Notes under the pieces: model-generated
The model's input: the letters and a program-made list of their open reading frames with translations, nothing else
What the model was told of the DNA's origin: nothing
Databases searched by the model: none
Program-made: the position numbers and the translations under genes
Shown here: piece by piece, positions 62,984 through 64,000 of the stretch
Numbering within the stretch: the first letter of the stretch is position 1
How the letters are laid out: the number at the start of each line of letters is the position of its first letter
Assembly (NCBI GenBank): GCA_015680685.1
Contig: MNCI01000775.1
Location: 78,251 to 142,250 of the forward strand
DNA from: Gnetum montanum
Lineage: Eukaryota; Plantae; Gnetophyta
Reading direction: 5' to 3'
DNA length: 64,000 nucleotides

Positions 62984-63420
62984 ATTCTATGTGCTATGGG
63001 TAGTCCTACATGCTTTCTACACCCTCATTAGTAGAAACAAGCTAGCATAGACATAACACCCATATGGACCTTCTTCAGTAGTAGCTCACCCTTAGGCTAG
63101 TGCAAGAGTGATCTATGTTTACATTGGTGTAGATCAATCCCTGTTGACGGTTCTACTAGAACCCCGTAAGATGAAAAGCCCAAAATTTTCTACTACATTA
63201 CACTATCTCTATTCCCTGCAACATAGCATGAACAGTGTAACACTTTTCTCCAGTGTAGCAGTTACCCCCAGTGTATCATAACAGTGTAACCTACTATTTT
63301 TTGTAGTTCCTTCAGACTTTCTTATTTCTAGCTATTTAGGTACATTAGCTCAAAATTTAGTATATTTTACCATTTCTTATTGATTGTTTTATTGTGAACC
63401 TCCTCTTTGACACAACAAGA

Positions 63421-64000
63421 ATGAATCCACCTAACACCTCACCTACCACTTTGGGCTTGGAAATAGCTCATGCCCTATAATGTGGGATGGATCACGAGCA
63501 ACCACTTAGCCTAGTACAGATACCACAATAGTCTCTTCAACTGCAACATCAATCACCCAAATGTATGCCTCATGACAAAGAGCAATACAACTTCTTATGT
63601 GCAAAGATCCAAGAAATCCTACCGTTAGATCATCACAAATTTGAGGAAAAGCATGATTTTGAAATTATCCATCAAAATGGAAGGGAGCTCCTTCCTACTC
63701 CTAAGATCATCATTCCACTCACTGAGACATTTCAATGGCTTTTAAACCAACTTATGCAATTGGGTGGGTCAAGAGAATGGGACATAACATCTCACTATGA
63801 TGAACCTCTTCACGATGGGCAAGAGGAGTTAGAATCCCACTCTAAGGGTGGTGGGCTCGTCTATGCCATGGATGCTTAGCCTACTTCCATCTTTCATTCA
63901 CACTAGTCACAATCTTTTGCTTCTTTTGTGACTACCATGACACTGCCACATCCCAAACCATCCTTGATGGGTAGTCATCAAATGTTATCATCATAATAGC
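63421..64000 (+). pseudogene. gag: N-terminus of decayed gag of element E (runs off the window)
   Basis: Colinear with the gag start of element D (reverse complement of 37760-38330); 5' UTR 63040-63190 matches 38565-38710. Confidence 0.8.

Overview
This window is eukaryotic, plant-type heterochromatic DNA made almost entirely of nested, decayed Ty3/gypsy LTR retrotransposons. I see no intact host gene, RNA gene or CRISPR array. Two lineages are present. (1) A Tat-lineage family of Ogre/Retand-like domain order (gag-PR-[long spacer]-RT-RH-aRH-INT), with a tRNA-Asn PBS and LTRs starting TGAAACA(C/T)C. Its pieces lie at 1-9036 (+, gag-PR only), 17198-35870 (-), 35880-40654 (-), 46326-49839 (+), 57990-61794 (-) and ~61949-64000 (+). 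A solo LTR with a perfect 5-bp TSD lies at 27537-29675. (2) An Athila-like family with a decayed tRNA-Asp PBS, at 9037-17197 (-), 40655-46325 (+) and 49840-55240 (-). All reading frames are broken, mostly by C->T/G->A changes, so most entries in the ORF track are fragments or shadows. The main discovery is in the ~8-kb spacer between protease and RT of the Tat element. It holds an antisense, TATA-driven, multi-exon gene present in two diverged copies (24943-31876 and 59196-61794) with identical intron positions and phases. The gene encodes an FCP1/NIF (CTD-phosphatase-like HAD) domain with degenerate catalytic motifs, fused to a plant-retroelement helical domain and an acidic/coiled-coil tail. 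It is bracketed by arrays of a family-wide GACCTTAAACTAGC motif. All domain calls come from motif recognition by eye, and boundaries without TG/CA, PBS, PPT or TSD support are approximate.
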